Shown here piece after piece: positions 28,281-36,376 of a DNA stretch of 53,233 nt; position 1 is the stretch's first letter; the number at the start of each line of letters is the position of its first letter. The notes below the pieces were generated by a model. It did not search any database, was not told the origin of the DNA, and saw only the letters and a program-made list of their open reading frames with translations. The position numbers and the translations under genes are program-made. Origin of the DNA: Sulfuricellaceae bacterium (GTDB taxonomy: Bacteria > Pseudomonadota > Gammaproteobacteria > Burkholderiales > UBA9220); contig JBFXHL010000004.1 of NCBI GenBank assembly GCA_050177075.1, positions 1 through 53,233 of the forward strand. The letters run 5' to 3'.

Positions 28281-28613
28281 TTAATAGCCGCCTTTGCCGA
28301 AGGGCTTGGGCAGGCCGGCGATCTTGGCGGACTGACGGTTGGGCTGCATCGGGAACAGGCTGTAGAGGTGCTTTTTCCAGTCGGTGCCGGGGTGCTCTTC
28401 GTCGAAGTCCTTGCACATATTGCGGAAGTTTGGGGTGTGGCCGTCTTCCTTGTACTTCTCGCGCATGTAGTTGATTACCAGCCAGTGTTCATCGGTGAGC
28501 TTGATGCCTTCGGCTTCGGCGATCACCGGCGGCACGTCGTCGCTGTAGTTGGCTTCGACCAGGAAACCCTCGTCGTCCACTTCCAGCTCTTCACCGTTAA
28601 CAACATAACCCAT
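28281..28613 (-). CDS. TusE/DsrC-family protein lacking both conserved C-terminal cysteines (RspA-like)
   Basis: DDEGFL..LTDEHWLVINYMR..LFP..QSAKIAGLPKPFGKGGY, compared with QACKIAGLPKPTGCI in the true DsrC at 33609. Confidence 0.88.
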   Translation of the reverse strand: MGYVVNGEELEVDDEGFLVEANYSDDVPPVIAEAEGIKLTDEHWLVINYMREKYKEDGHTPNFRNMCKDFDEEHPGTDWKKHLYSLFPMQPNRQSAKIAGLPKPFGKGGY

Positions 28614-28685
28614 GGTATTTCCTCCTTGCTAATTGCCAGTTGATTACTCGGCCAATGGCGGAAGCCGCCGGCCACTCTTTGAAAA

Positions 28686-29327
28686 CTACCCCCCGACGGG
28701 GGCGAAGGACTTGTGGGGCACGAAAAGTCCGCACCCCAGTTCCCGATGCATCCCCAGCCCCGTTTCCTGCAGGGCGATGGATTGCTCATCGGTCAAATTG
28801 TACAACGCTAGGCTGTAGGTTGTGATCTTGCCGCCGGCGCTGTTGAGTACGTGGGCCTTGCCGCACACCATGCGGCAAGGGATATTGCGCGTCTTCAGCG
28901 CCTCCTGGATGTCGGCGGCGAAGTCGGCTTCCGCCTCGTGGCCGGTGGTCACGTAGTAGGCGTGGATGGCGCCGTAGGGCATGAGCTCCTTTTCCTTCGG
29001 CTTGCCGACGGTGACGGCGTGACCGCCCAGGTCCAGGGTGGCGCCGACCAGGCCGTGCAGGCTCCCGGCTTCCTCGCGTCTGACGCGAAGGGTCAGGTTG
29101 GCGCGCCGGGACAGGATGATGGTGTCGTTTTCCGTTACCGAGCCGCGAATGGGGTGGACGCCGATATCCGTCCTGCCGGCGAGCCGGGGCAGGACGCGAA
29201 CGATCTCCGCCCACAGCAGGTGGCCGTGGTCGAAGGGGATCTCGCGCCCGTCGAGGTGGAAAACCACGTCCACCGACGCGGCGACGACGGGGGTGTCGTC
29301 CGTGGCTGGCCAGTACTCTTGCGTCAT
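28686..29327 (-). CDS. cas6: Orphan Cas6 (type I-MYXAN Cas6/Cmx6-like RAMP endoribonuclease)
   Basis: Start at the ATG at 29327 (MTQEYW), overlapping the upstream stop (ATGA). Contains VDVVFHLDGREIPFDHG (His motif), GVHPIRG, L.LRV, G..LDLGG and the C-terminal G-loop LQETGLGMHRELGCGLFVP. Confidence 0.85.
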   Translation of the reverse strand: MTQEYWPATDDTPVVAASVDVVFHLDGREIPFDHGHLLWAEIVRVLPRLAGRTDIGVHPIRGSVTENDTIILSRRANLTLRVRREEAGSLHGLVGATLDLGGHAVTVGKPKEKELMPYGAIHAYYVTTGHEAEADFAADIQEALKTRNIPCRMVCGKAHVLNSAGGKITTYSLALYNLTDEQSIALQETGLGMHRELGCGLFVPHKSFAPVGG

Positions 29328-29548
29328 TCTGCGGGTCCGAGGTCTTTCTGCTGCTTCGCCCAGTCCAGCATGGCGCTGGCCCAGCGTTCGGCGGTCTGCT
29401 TGTCGATGTCGAAAATGGTGAAGCGCTTGCCCTCCCGGATGCGCAGGCGCAGGGAAGTGAAGCCGGCTTCGTGGTCGACGCTCTGCAGTTCGATGTCCTG
29501 GCCGCCGAAGGGGCCGGTGAATTTGTCCAACGTGTTTGCCTGGTCCAT
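29324..29548 (-). CDS. Small conserved hypothetical protein (possibly DUF6967-like), first gene of the cas6 operon
   Basis: MDQANTLDKFTGPFGGQDIELQ..LRLRIREGKRFTIFDID..A..W; translationally coupled to cas6. The family name is from recall only. Confidence 0.7.
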   Translation of the reverse strand: MDQANTLDKFTGPFGGQDIELQSVDHEAGFTSLRLRIREGKRFTIFDIDKQTAERWASAMLDWAKQQKDLGPAE

Positions 29549-29585
29549 ATATATCAATGCCTTCCGGTGTCGCCTCCGAAGTGCA

Positions 29586-29600
29586 TACCCCAGTGGGGTT
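29586..29600. promoter_or_regulatory. Palindromic operator candidate, copy 1
   Basis: TACCCC-AGT-GGGGTT. Confidence 0.5.
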
Positions 29601-29641
29601 ATTGGCGCGAAGGGAGGGTGCCTCTAACATTCGGTCCGGGA

Positions 29642-29669
29642 ATTATAACCACGGCGGGCCGGTCTTCAA
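29642..29669 (-). promoter_or_regulatory. Sigma70 promoter candidate for the cas6 operon
   Basis: TTGAAG-N16-TATAAT on the minus strand. Confidence 0.6.
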
Positions 29670-29707
29670 TGGCCGAAAGGCCTGATAGCCTTTTTTGATA
29701 AGTTGGC

Positions 29708-29726
29708 ACTACCCCATATGGGTAGT
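29708..29726. promoter_or_regulatory. Palindromic operator candidate, copy 2
   Basis: ACTACCC-CATAT-GGGTAGT (core TACCCC-ATA-TGGGTA). Confidence 0.55.
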
Positions 29727-29790
29727 ATGCAGAGAAGGCGCTATTTGACTAGGATACGTGAAAGTGTCCGGTCTGGTGCGCGAGACGCGG

Positions 29791-29831
29791 AATTCCTCGG
29801 TTGGGCGTATAGACAGCCGAGGGATTTTTTT
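29791..29831 (+). terminator. Intrinsic terminator-like hairpin in the dsrA leader
   Basis: 13-bp stem AATTCCTCGGTTG / CAGCCGAGGGATT (two G-U pairs) running into T7. Confidence 0.65.
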
Positions 29832-29984
29832 CTCTGGCGCCCGTGGCCGAAAAACGACGAACCGCCGTTACGGCTGGCTCGATGAGGGGTGATAGGTCGG
29901 CTGCGGAGTTTTGGCGCGGCGGGCCCGGCAGGACTGGCATACCAGGATCACGCAACCGCATAAATTTTGTTAGGAGAAACCACT

Positions 29985-31286
29985 ATGGCTAAGAAAATGC
30001 ACGATACGCCAAATCTTGACGAGCTGGAAAAGGGCCCTTGGCCCAGTTTTGTGACCGGCCTCAAGCGTCTGGCCGCGGAAAACGACATGATGGTTGACCT
30101 GCTGGGTCAGCTGGAAACGTCCTACAAGACCAGGAAGGGTTACTGGAAGGGTGGTACCGTTGGCGTGTTGGGTTACGGCGGTGGCGTTATCCCCCGTTTC
30201 ACCGAGCTGAAGGACGAGAACGAGCAGCCCCTGTTCCCCGACGCCGCTTCCTTCCATACCCTGCGTATCATGCCCCCCGCCGGCATGCACTACGACACCA
30301 AGACCCTGCGCAAGATGTGCGACATTTGGCAGAAGCACGGCTCCGGTCTGATCGCTCTGCACGGCCAGTCCGGCGACATCATGTTCCAGGGCATCACTAC
30401 CGAGAACGTCCAGCCCGCCTTCGACGAGTTCAACGAAATGGGCTTTGACCTGGGTGGCGCCGGTCCCGCCGTGCGTACCTCCACCGCTTGCATCGGCGCC
30501 GCTCGCTGCGAGCAGTCCTGCTACGACGAGGGTAAGGCCATGCGCATGACCGTGAACGCCTACCTGGACGAGATGCACCGCCCCGCCCTGCCCTACAAGT
30601 TCAAGTTCAAGTTCTCCGGCTGCCCCAACGACTGCGCCAACGCCGTCCAGCGCGCCGACATGGCTGTGATCGGTACCTGGCGCGACAACATGCAGACCGA
30701 CGATGCCCTGGGCAAGAAGTGGTTCGCCAAGCACGGCATGGACGAGCTGGTGAACGACGTGATCTCCCGTTGCCCCAGCAAGGCCATCAGCCTGAAGGAC
30801 ACCGCCAAGGTTTCCAAGGGCGAGAAGATCTCCGCCGTGGCCATCAACGACAGCCAGTCCCTGGAAATCGACAACGGCAGCTGCGTCCGCTGCATGCACT
30901 GCATCAACGTCATGACCGGCGCCCTGGCCCCCGGCAACGACAAGGGCGTGACCGTTCTGGTTGGCGGTAAGCGTACCCTGAAGATCGGTGATCTGATGGG
31001 TACCGTGGTGGTTCCGTTCATGAAGATGGAAAGCGACGAGGACTACGAAGCCCTGGTGGAGCTGGCCGGCAACTTCATCGACTTCTTCGCCGAAAACGCC
31101 CTGGAGCACGAGCGTACCGGCGAGATGATCGAGCGTATCGGCCTGGTCAACTTCCTGGAAGGCGTCGGTCTGGAAATCGATCCGAGCATGATCATTCATC
31201 CCCGTACCAACCCCTATGTCCGCATGGACGGCTGGGACGAGGAAGTGGCCAAATGGAACGAGCGCCAAGCTTCCAAGACGGCTTGA
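29985..31286 (+). CDS. dsrA: Reverse dissimilatory sulfite reductase alpha subunit
   Basis: TPNLDELEKGPWPSFV, CIGAARC, YKFKFKFSGCPNDC and CVRCMHC; ATG at 29985 after AGGAGA. Confidence 0.98.
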   Translation: MAKKMHDTPNLDELEKGPWPSFVTGLKRLAAENDMMVDLLGQLETSYKTRKGYWKGGTVGVLGYGGGVIPRFTELKDENEQPLFPDAASFHTLRIMPPAGMHYDTKTLRKMCDIWQKHGSGLIALHGQSGDIMFQGITTENVQPAFDEFNEMGFDLGGAGPAVRTSTACIGAARCEQSCYDEGKAMRMTVNAYLDEMHRPALPYKFKFKFSGCPNDCANAVQRADMAVIGTWRDNMQTDDALGKKWFAKHGMDELVNDVISRCPSKAISLKDTAKVSKGEKISAVAINDSQSLEIDNGSCVRCMHCINVMTGALAPGNDKGVTVLVGGKRTLKIGDLMGTVVVPFMKMESDEDYEALVELAGNFIDFFAENALEHERTGEMIERIGLVNFLEGVGLEIDPSMIIHPRTNPYVRMDGWDEEVAKWNERQASKTA

Positions 31287-31321
31287 GTTGAACGAACTTA
31301 ATCAAGAATTGGAGAGAGAAT

Positions 31322-32392
31322 ATGGCTGAATTGCGTCAACCCATCGAGAGCGGTGTGCCAGATCACATGCCCTATCTGCACCCGGCTTTCAGGAAGAACT
31401 ACGGTCAGTGGAAGTACCATGACCGTCCCCGTGCCGGCGTCCTGCATCACGTGGCCAAGAGCGGCGACGAGATCTGGACCGTCCGCGCGGGCACCCAGCG
31501 CCAGATGGACCACTACACCGTGCGCAAGCTGTGCGACATCGCCGACCAGTTCTGCGACGGCCACCTGCGCTTCACCGTGCGTTCCAACGTGGAATTCACC
31601 GTCACCGAAGAGTCCAAGGTCGAGCCCCTGATCGCAGAGCTGAACAAGAACGGCTTCCCCGTGGGTGGCACCGGTCCTTCCGTGTCCATGATTTCCCACA
31701 CCCAGGGCTGGCTGCACTGCGACATCCCCGGCACCGACGCCTCCGGCGTGGTGAAGGCGCTGATGGACGAGTTGTACGAAGAGTTCGTCAACGAGCAGAT
31801 GCCCAACCGCGTCAAGCTCACCACCTCCTGCTGCGAAATCAACTGCGGCGGCCAGGGTGACATCGCCATCATCGTTCAGCACACCAAGCCGCCCAAGATC
31901 AACCACGACCTGGTGGCCAACGTTTGCGAGCGTCCTTCCGTGGTGGCCCGCTGCCCCGTGGCGGCTATCCGTCCCGCCCTGGTGAATGGCAAGCCCTCCC
32001 TGGAGGTGGACGAGAAGAAGTGCGTCTGCTGCGGCGCCTGCTTCCCTCCCTGTCCCCCGATGCAGATCAACGATCCCGAGCACTCCAAGATCGCGATCTG
32101 GGTTGGCGGCAAGCACTCCAACGCCCGTATCCGTCCCCAGTTCCACAAGCTGGTGGCCGCTGGCCTGCCCAACAACGCTCCCCGCTGGCCCGAAGTGGCT
32201 GCCGTGGTGAAGAAGATTCTCCATGTCTACAAGGAAGATGCCCGTCCTTGGGAGCGGATTTCCGACTGGGTGGAGCGCATTGGTTGGCCTCAGTTCTTCG
32301 AGAAGACCGGTCTGCCGTTCACCAAGTACCTGATCGACGACTGGCGCGGTTCCCGTAACAGCCTCAATGCGTCGGCTCATATCCGTTTCTAA
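31322..32392 (+). CDS. dsrB: Reverse dissimilatory sulfite reductase beta subunit
   Basis: HTQGWLHCDIP, SCCEINCG and CVCCGAC. Confidence 0.98.
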   Translation: MAELRQPIESGVPDHMPYLHPAFRKNYGQWKYHDRPRAGVLHHVAKSGDEIWTVRAGTQRQMDHYTVRKLCDIADQFCDGHLRFTVRSNVEFTVTEESKVEPLIAELNKNGFPVGGTGPSVSMISHTQGWLHCDIPGTDASGVVKALMDELYEEFVNEQMPNRVKLTTSCCEINCGGQGDIAIIVQHTKPPKINHDLVANVCERPSVVARCPVAAIRPALVNGKPSLEVDEKKCVCCGACFPPCPPMQINDPEHSKIAIWVGGKHSNARIRPQFHKLVAAGLPNNAPRWPEVAAVVKKILHVYKEDARPWERISDWVERIGWPQFFEKTGLPFTKYLIDDWRGSRNSLNASAHIRF

Positions 32393-32413
32393 GCAGTAAC
32401 GCGCATGTGAAAC

Positions 32414-32446
32414 GACCCTCCTGTCCCTATCCGGGGCGGGAGGGTC
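32414..32446 (+). other. Strong intergenic hairpin after dsrB (no U-tract)
   Basis: GACCCTCCTGTCCC-TATCC-GGGGCGGGAGGGTC. Confidence 0.7.
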
Positions 32447-32470
32447 AATAATGACTAAGAGGTTGATGGG

Positions 32471-32863
32471 ATGAAATTTGGAATCATGGTTAGTGAGGGG
32501 CCCTACACTCACCAAGCATCGGACAGCGCCTACAACTTTGCCAAGGCTGCGCTGGAAAAAGGCCACGAAATTTATCGCGTGTTCTTCTACCACGATGGCG
32601 TGAACAACAGCACGGCCTTCACCACTCCGCCCCAGGACGATCGCAACATCGTCAACCGCTGGTCCGAACTGGCCCAGCAGCATAATCTGGATCTGGTGGT
32701 GTGCGTGGCTGCTGCCCAGCGTCGCGGCATCGTTGATGCCGACGAGCAGAAGCGTCACGGCAAGAGCGGCAACAACCTGGCTCCCGGCTTCCGGATCTCC
32801 GGTCTGGGGCAGCTGGTGGAAGCCGGCATCCAGTGCGACCGCCTGGTAACGTTTGGTGATTGA
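32471..32863 (+). CDS. dsrE: Sulfurtransferase DsrE
   Basis: VFFYHDGV and the active cysteine in VCVAAAQRRG. Confidence 0.97.
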   Translation: MKFGIMVSEGPYTHQASDSAYNFAKAALEKGHEIYRVFFYHDGVNNSTAFTTPPQDDRNIVNRWSELAQQHNLDLVVCVAAAQRRGIVDADEQKRHGKSGNNLAPGFRISGLGQLVEAGIQCDRLVTFGD

Positions 32864-32876
32864 GGGAGAAAGAGTG

Positions 32877-33266
32877 ATGGACGAAATGGGCATGGAAGAA
32901 GGCGGCGCCGTCAAAAAATTCATGTTCGTCAACCGCAAGGCACCCCACGGCACGATTTACGCCCTGGAAGGTCTGGAAGTGGTGCTGATTTCCGCTGCGT
33001 TCGACCAGGACGTGAGCCTTGCGTTCTGCGACGACGGCGTGTACGAGCTGAAGAAAGGTCAGGACACCAAGGGCATCGGCGTGAAGAACTTCTCGCCCAC
33101 TTACCGCGCCCTGGAAGGTTATGACATCGAGAAGCTGTATGTGGAAAAAGAGTCCCTGGAGGCCCGGGGATTGACCGAAGACGACCTCCTGGTGGATGTC
33201 CAGGTGCTGAGCTCCGCCGAGCTGGGCGCCCTGATGGACGAACAGGACGTGGTCATCAGCTTCTGA
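32877..33266 (+). CDS. dsrF: DsrF
   Basis: KAPHGTIYALEGLE..DDGVY.L.KGQ; start probably the ATG at 32877. Confidence 0.96.
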   Translation: MDEMGMEEGGAVKKFMFVNRKAPHGTIYALEGLEVVLISAAFDQDVSLAFCDDGVYELKKGQDTKGIGVKNFSPTYRALEGYDIEKLYVEKESLEARGLTEDDLLVDVQVLSSAELGALMDEQDVVISF

Positions 33267-33276
33267 CGGAGGACAT

Positions 33277-33576
33277 ATGCTGCACATTATCAACAAATCG
33301 CCCTTCGAAAACAGCACTCTCGACAGCTGCTTGCGCATTGCCAAAAGCGGTGGCGCGGTGCTGCTGATCGAAGATGCCGTGTTTGCCGCCACCAAAGGCA
33401 GCGCGGCGGAATCCAAGATCAAGCAAGCAATGGCTGGGATGAAGGTGTATGCCCTCCAGCCCGACCTGGCTGCCCGCGGTGTCGCCGACCGTGTCATTGA
33501 CGGCGTGACCTTGGTAGACTATGCAGGCTTTGTGGACTTGGTTGCGGAAAATCCCAAGCTACAGTCCTGGCTGTAA
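33277..33576 (+). CDS. dsrH: DsrH
   Basis: MLHIINKSPF..LLIEDAV..DYAGFVDL..QSWL. Confidence 0.96.
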   Translation: MLHIINKSPFENSTLDSCLRIAKSGGAVLLIEDAVFAATKGSAAESKIKQAMAGMKVYALQPDLAARGVADRVIDGVTLVDYAGFVDLVAENPKLQSWL

Positions 33577-33608
33577 TCTTTGACTCACCCCTTTGTTAGG
33601 AGAAAGTA

Positions 33609-33941
33609 ATGAGCTTCGAAATCAACGGTAAAACCTACGAAACCGACGAAGAAGGCTACCTGGTCAACCTTTCCGACTGGAACGAAGAGGCCGCCAAGCA
33701 CCTGGCTGCCGAAGAGAAGGTGGAGCTGACCGAGCAGCACTGGGAAGTGATCAACTTCCTGCGCGAGTACTACAACGACTATCAGATCGCCCCCGCCGTG
33801 CGCGTGTTGACCAAGGCCATCGGCAAGAAGCTCGGACCCGAGAAGGGCAACAGCAAGTACCTGTACGAACTGTTCCCCTACGGCCCCGCCAAGCAGGCCT
33901 GTAAGATCGCTGGTCTGCCCAAGCCCACCGGCTGTATCTAA
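33609..33941 (+). CDS. dsrC: Sulfur carrier DsrC
   Basis: C-terminal CKIAGLPKPTGCI with both conserved cysteines. Confidence 0.98.
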   Translation: MSFEINGKTYETDEEGYLVNLSDWNEEAAKHLAAEEKVELTEQHWEVINFLREYYNDYQIAPAVRVLTKAIGKKLGPEKGNSKYLYELFPYGPAKQACKIAGLPKPTGCI

Positions 33942-34079
33942 GCCTTAAGCTGTACCGGGGGGCGCGGCGGGCCAAATCCGCTGCGCTCCCTGGCACGCCC
34001 GCGTGCCGAAAACATCGAGAGAGAATTTCAAGGCGTAGAGCCGAAATAGGGCGCATGCCTGTTTGAGGGTGACGATACA

Positions 34080-34808
34080 ATGTCATTGCTAACGATTATT
34101 TATGCTGGTCTGTTTTATGCCGCCACGGTGATCCTGGTGGGCGGGCTGGCCTATCGCATTTACGAGTACCGGAAGACTCCGGCCCCGCTGAACATTCCCA
34201 CCACTCCCGCTCCCATCACTCCGGTGGGCGCCAAGCTGCGCGTGTGGCGCGAGGTGTTGGTGTTCGAGAGCCTGTTCAAATCCAATAAATGGATTTGGCT
34301 CTTCGGTTTCATGTTCCATTTCGCCCTGGCGCTGGTTCTGATGCGTCACCTGCGCTACTTCACCAATCCCGTTTGGGAGTGGGTGGTGCTTGTCCAGCCC
34401 TTCGGCATGTATGCCGGTTTTGCCATGGTGGCCGGTCTGCTGGGGCTGTGGGGGCGCCGCCTGTTCGTCGAACGCATCCGCTATATCTCCACGCCTTCCG
34501 ATCATCTGATTCTGCTGCTGCTGATCGGCATCGGTGCCTCCGGTCTGGGGATGAAATTCGTCGCCCATACCGACATCGTCGATGTGAAGTCCTTTTTCCT
34601 CGGCCTGATGTCGTTCAACATCCATCCGTTGCCCGCCGACCCGGCGTTGCTGGTGCACCTGACCCTGGTGGCGGTGCTGATGATCATCTTTCCCATCAGC
34701 AAGTTGCTGCACGCCCCCGGCGTATTCTTCAGCCCGACTCGCAATATGGCGGACAATCCCCGGGAGAAACGCCATCTGGCGCCCTGGGCGGCTGAACTGG
34801 AAAAGTGA
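34080..34808 (+). CDS. dsrM: DsrM (NarI-like cytochrome b)
   Basis: Five transmembrane helices with His ligands; FPISKLLH. Confidence 0.95.
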   Translation: MSLLTIIYAGLFYAATVILVGGLAYRIYEYRKTPAPLNIPTTPAPITPVGAKLRVWREVLVFESLFKSNKWIWLFGFMFHFALALVLMRHLRYFTNPVWEWVVLVQPFGMYAGFAMVAGLLGLWGRRLFVERIRYISTPSDHLILLLLIGIGASGLGMKFVAHTDIVDVKSFFLGLMSFNIHPLPADPALLVHLTLVAVLMIIFPISKLLHAPGVFFSPTRNMADNPREKRHLAPWAAELEK

Positions 34809-34843
34809 TTTAGGACACCACGACAAGAAATCAAGGAGCCATC

Positions 34844-36376
34844 GTGGCAAAAGCAGATTTCGAAGTACCGAGCTACAGAAAGTTACCCACCATCCCGGCC
34901 ATCCAGGAAGGTTCCATGGCCCACGTCAAGCCCTATGTGGCTGACGCCCAGGTTCAGGCTTCCGTCAACTATCCCGGCGAACTGGTGGAGGATTGGCATG
35001 ACAAGGCTATTTCCCGCATGGGGGAGCTGCTGGGCAAATACCGTTCCCTGCGCGTGTTCATGGACGCCTGCGTGCACTGCGGCGCCTGCACCGACAAGTG
35101 CCACTATTTCATCGGCACCGCCGACCCCAAGAATATGCCGGTGGCCCGCCAGGAGCTGATGCGCTCGGTCTATCGCCGCTATTTTACCCTGCCCGGCAAG
35201 CTGGTTCCGGGCTTGGTTGGCGCCAAGGACCTGACCAAGGAGGTGCTGGACGACTGGTTCTCCTACTACCATCAGTGCTCCGAATGCCGCCGTTGCTCCG
35301 TGTTCTGCCCCTATGGCATCGATACCGCCGAAGTGACCATGGCCGCCCGGGAAATCCTCAACACCGTCGGCTACGGCATGAAGTACACCAACCAGATCCT
35401 GGCCAAGGTGCAGAAGATCGGCAACAACCTGGGCCTGCCCGGCCCGGCGCTGGAAGATACCCTCTCCGGTTTGGAAGAAGACATCGAGATGGATACCGGC
35501 GTCAGCGTCAAGCTGCCCATCGACGTCGAGGGCGCCGAAGTGCTGCTGGTGACGCCCTCCGCCGACTTCTTCTCCGAGCCCCATGTGGAATCCCTCATTG
35601 GCTACGCCAAGGTGTTCCACCAGGCCGGCATCAGCTGGACCCTGTCCTCCCATGCTTCCGAGGCGGGCAACTTCGGCCTGTTCAACGGCAACTACGAGCA
35701 GATGCGCAACATCGCCATGCGTATTCGGCAGGCTGCCCTGGATCTGGGGGTGAAGCGCATTATCGTCGGCGAGTGCGGCCATGCCTGGCGCGTCGCTTAT
35801 GCCTTCTGGAATACCTTGACCGGCATCGGCGCCGGGGCCGACGATCCCTTCGCCATCCAGCTGCAGAAGCAGCTCGATCCGCGCTATCGCCAGCCGATGC
35901 ATATTTGCGAATTCACCCATGACCTGATCAAGCGCGGCGCGTTGAATCTGGACAAGGAAGCCAACGATCACCGTATCGTCACTTTCCACGATTCCTGCAA
36001 CGTGGCCCGTGCCTCCCGCATGGGCGATATGCCCGGCGGCCAGTTCATCATTCCGCGGGAAATCATCAAGGCCGTGGCAAACAACTTCGTCGACATGCCC
36101 ATGGACACCATCGGCGAGCGCACCTTCTGCTGCGGCGGCGGTGGCGGCGTGCTGACCGACGACCTGCTGGAAGTCCGCGTCAAGGGGGCCCTGCCCCGCA
36201 TGGAGGCCCTGAACCAGGTCAAGGAAAACAACAAGGTGAACTTCATGGCCACCATTTGCGCCATCTGCAAGGCACAGTTCACCAAAGTGCTGCCCTTCTA
36301 CGGTTTCGACATGAGCATGGTGGGCGGCGTCCACCAGCTGGTGAGCGACGCCATTCAGCTGGGCACCAAAGAGTAA
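34844..36376 (+). CDS. dsrK: DsrK
   Basis: CVHCGACTDKC, CSECRRCSVFCP and CCGGGGG. Confidence 0.97.
   Translation: MAKADFEVPSYRKLPTIPAIQEGSMAHVKPYVADAQVQASVNYPGELVEDWHDKAISRMGELLGKYRSLRVFMDACVHCGACTDKCHYFIGTADPKNMPVARQELMRSVYRRYFTLPGKLVPGLVGAKDLTKEVLDDWFSYYHQCSECRRCSVFCPYGIDTAEVTMAAREILNTVGYGMKYTNQILAKVQKIGNNLGLPGPALEDTLSGLEEDIEMDTGVSVKLPIDVEGAEVLLVTPSADFFSEPHVESLIGYAKVFHQAGISWTLSSHASEAGNFGLFNGNYEQMRNIAMRIRQAALDLGVKRIIVGECGHAWRVAYAFWNTLTGIGAGADDPFAIQLQKQLDPRYRQPMHICEFTHDLIKRGALNLDKEANDHRIVTFHDSCNVARASRMGDMPGGQFIIPREIIKAVANNFVDMPMDTIGERTFCCGGGGGVLTDDLLEVRVKGALPRMEALNQVKENNKVNFMATICAICKAQFTKVLPFYGFDMSMVGGVHQLVSDAIQLGTKE

Noticed and set aside
29328-29630. N-terminal 100-aa extension of the cas6 ORF in the track
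   Set aside because: It overlaps the small upstream gene in another frame; the ATGA-coupled start at 29327 is more plausible.
29695-29720. FNR box or sigma54 promoter upstream of dsrA
   Set aside because: TTGAT lacks the ATCAA half-site, and TGGCAC lacks a correctly spaced TTGC.
29703-29961. Short ORFs (60-70 aa) in the dsrA leader as leader peptides
   Set aside because: Non-ATG starts, no clear RBS and no informative codon clusters.
28200-30000. CRISPR array next to cas6
   Set aside because: No regularly spaced direct repeats of about 30-37 bp were seen here or elsewhere in the window, only isolated short hairpins.
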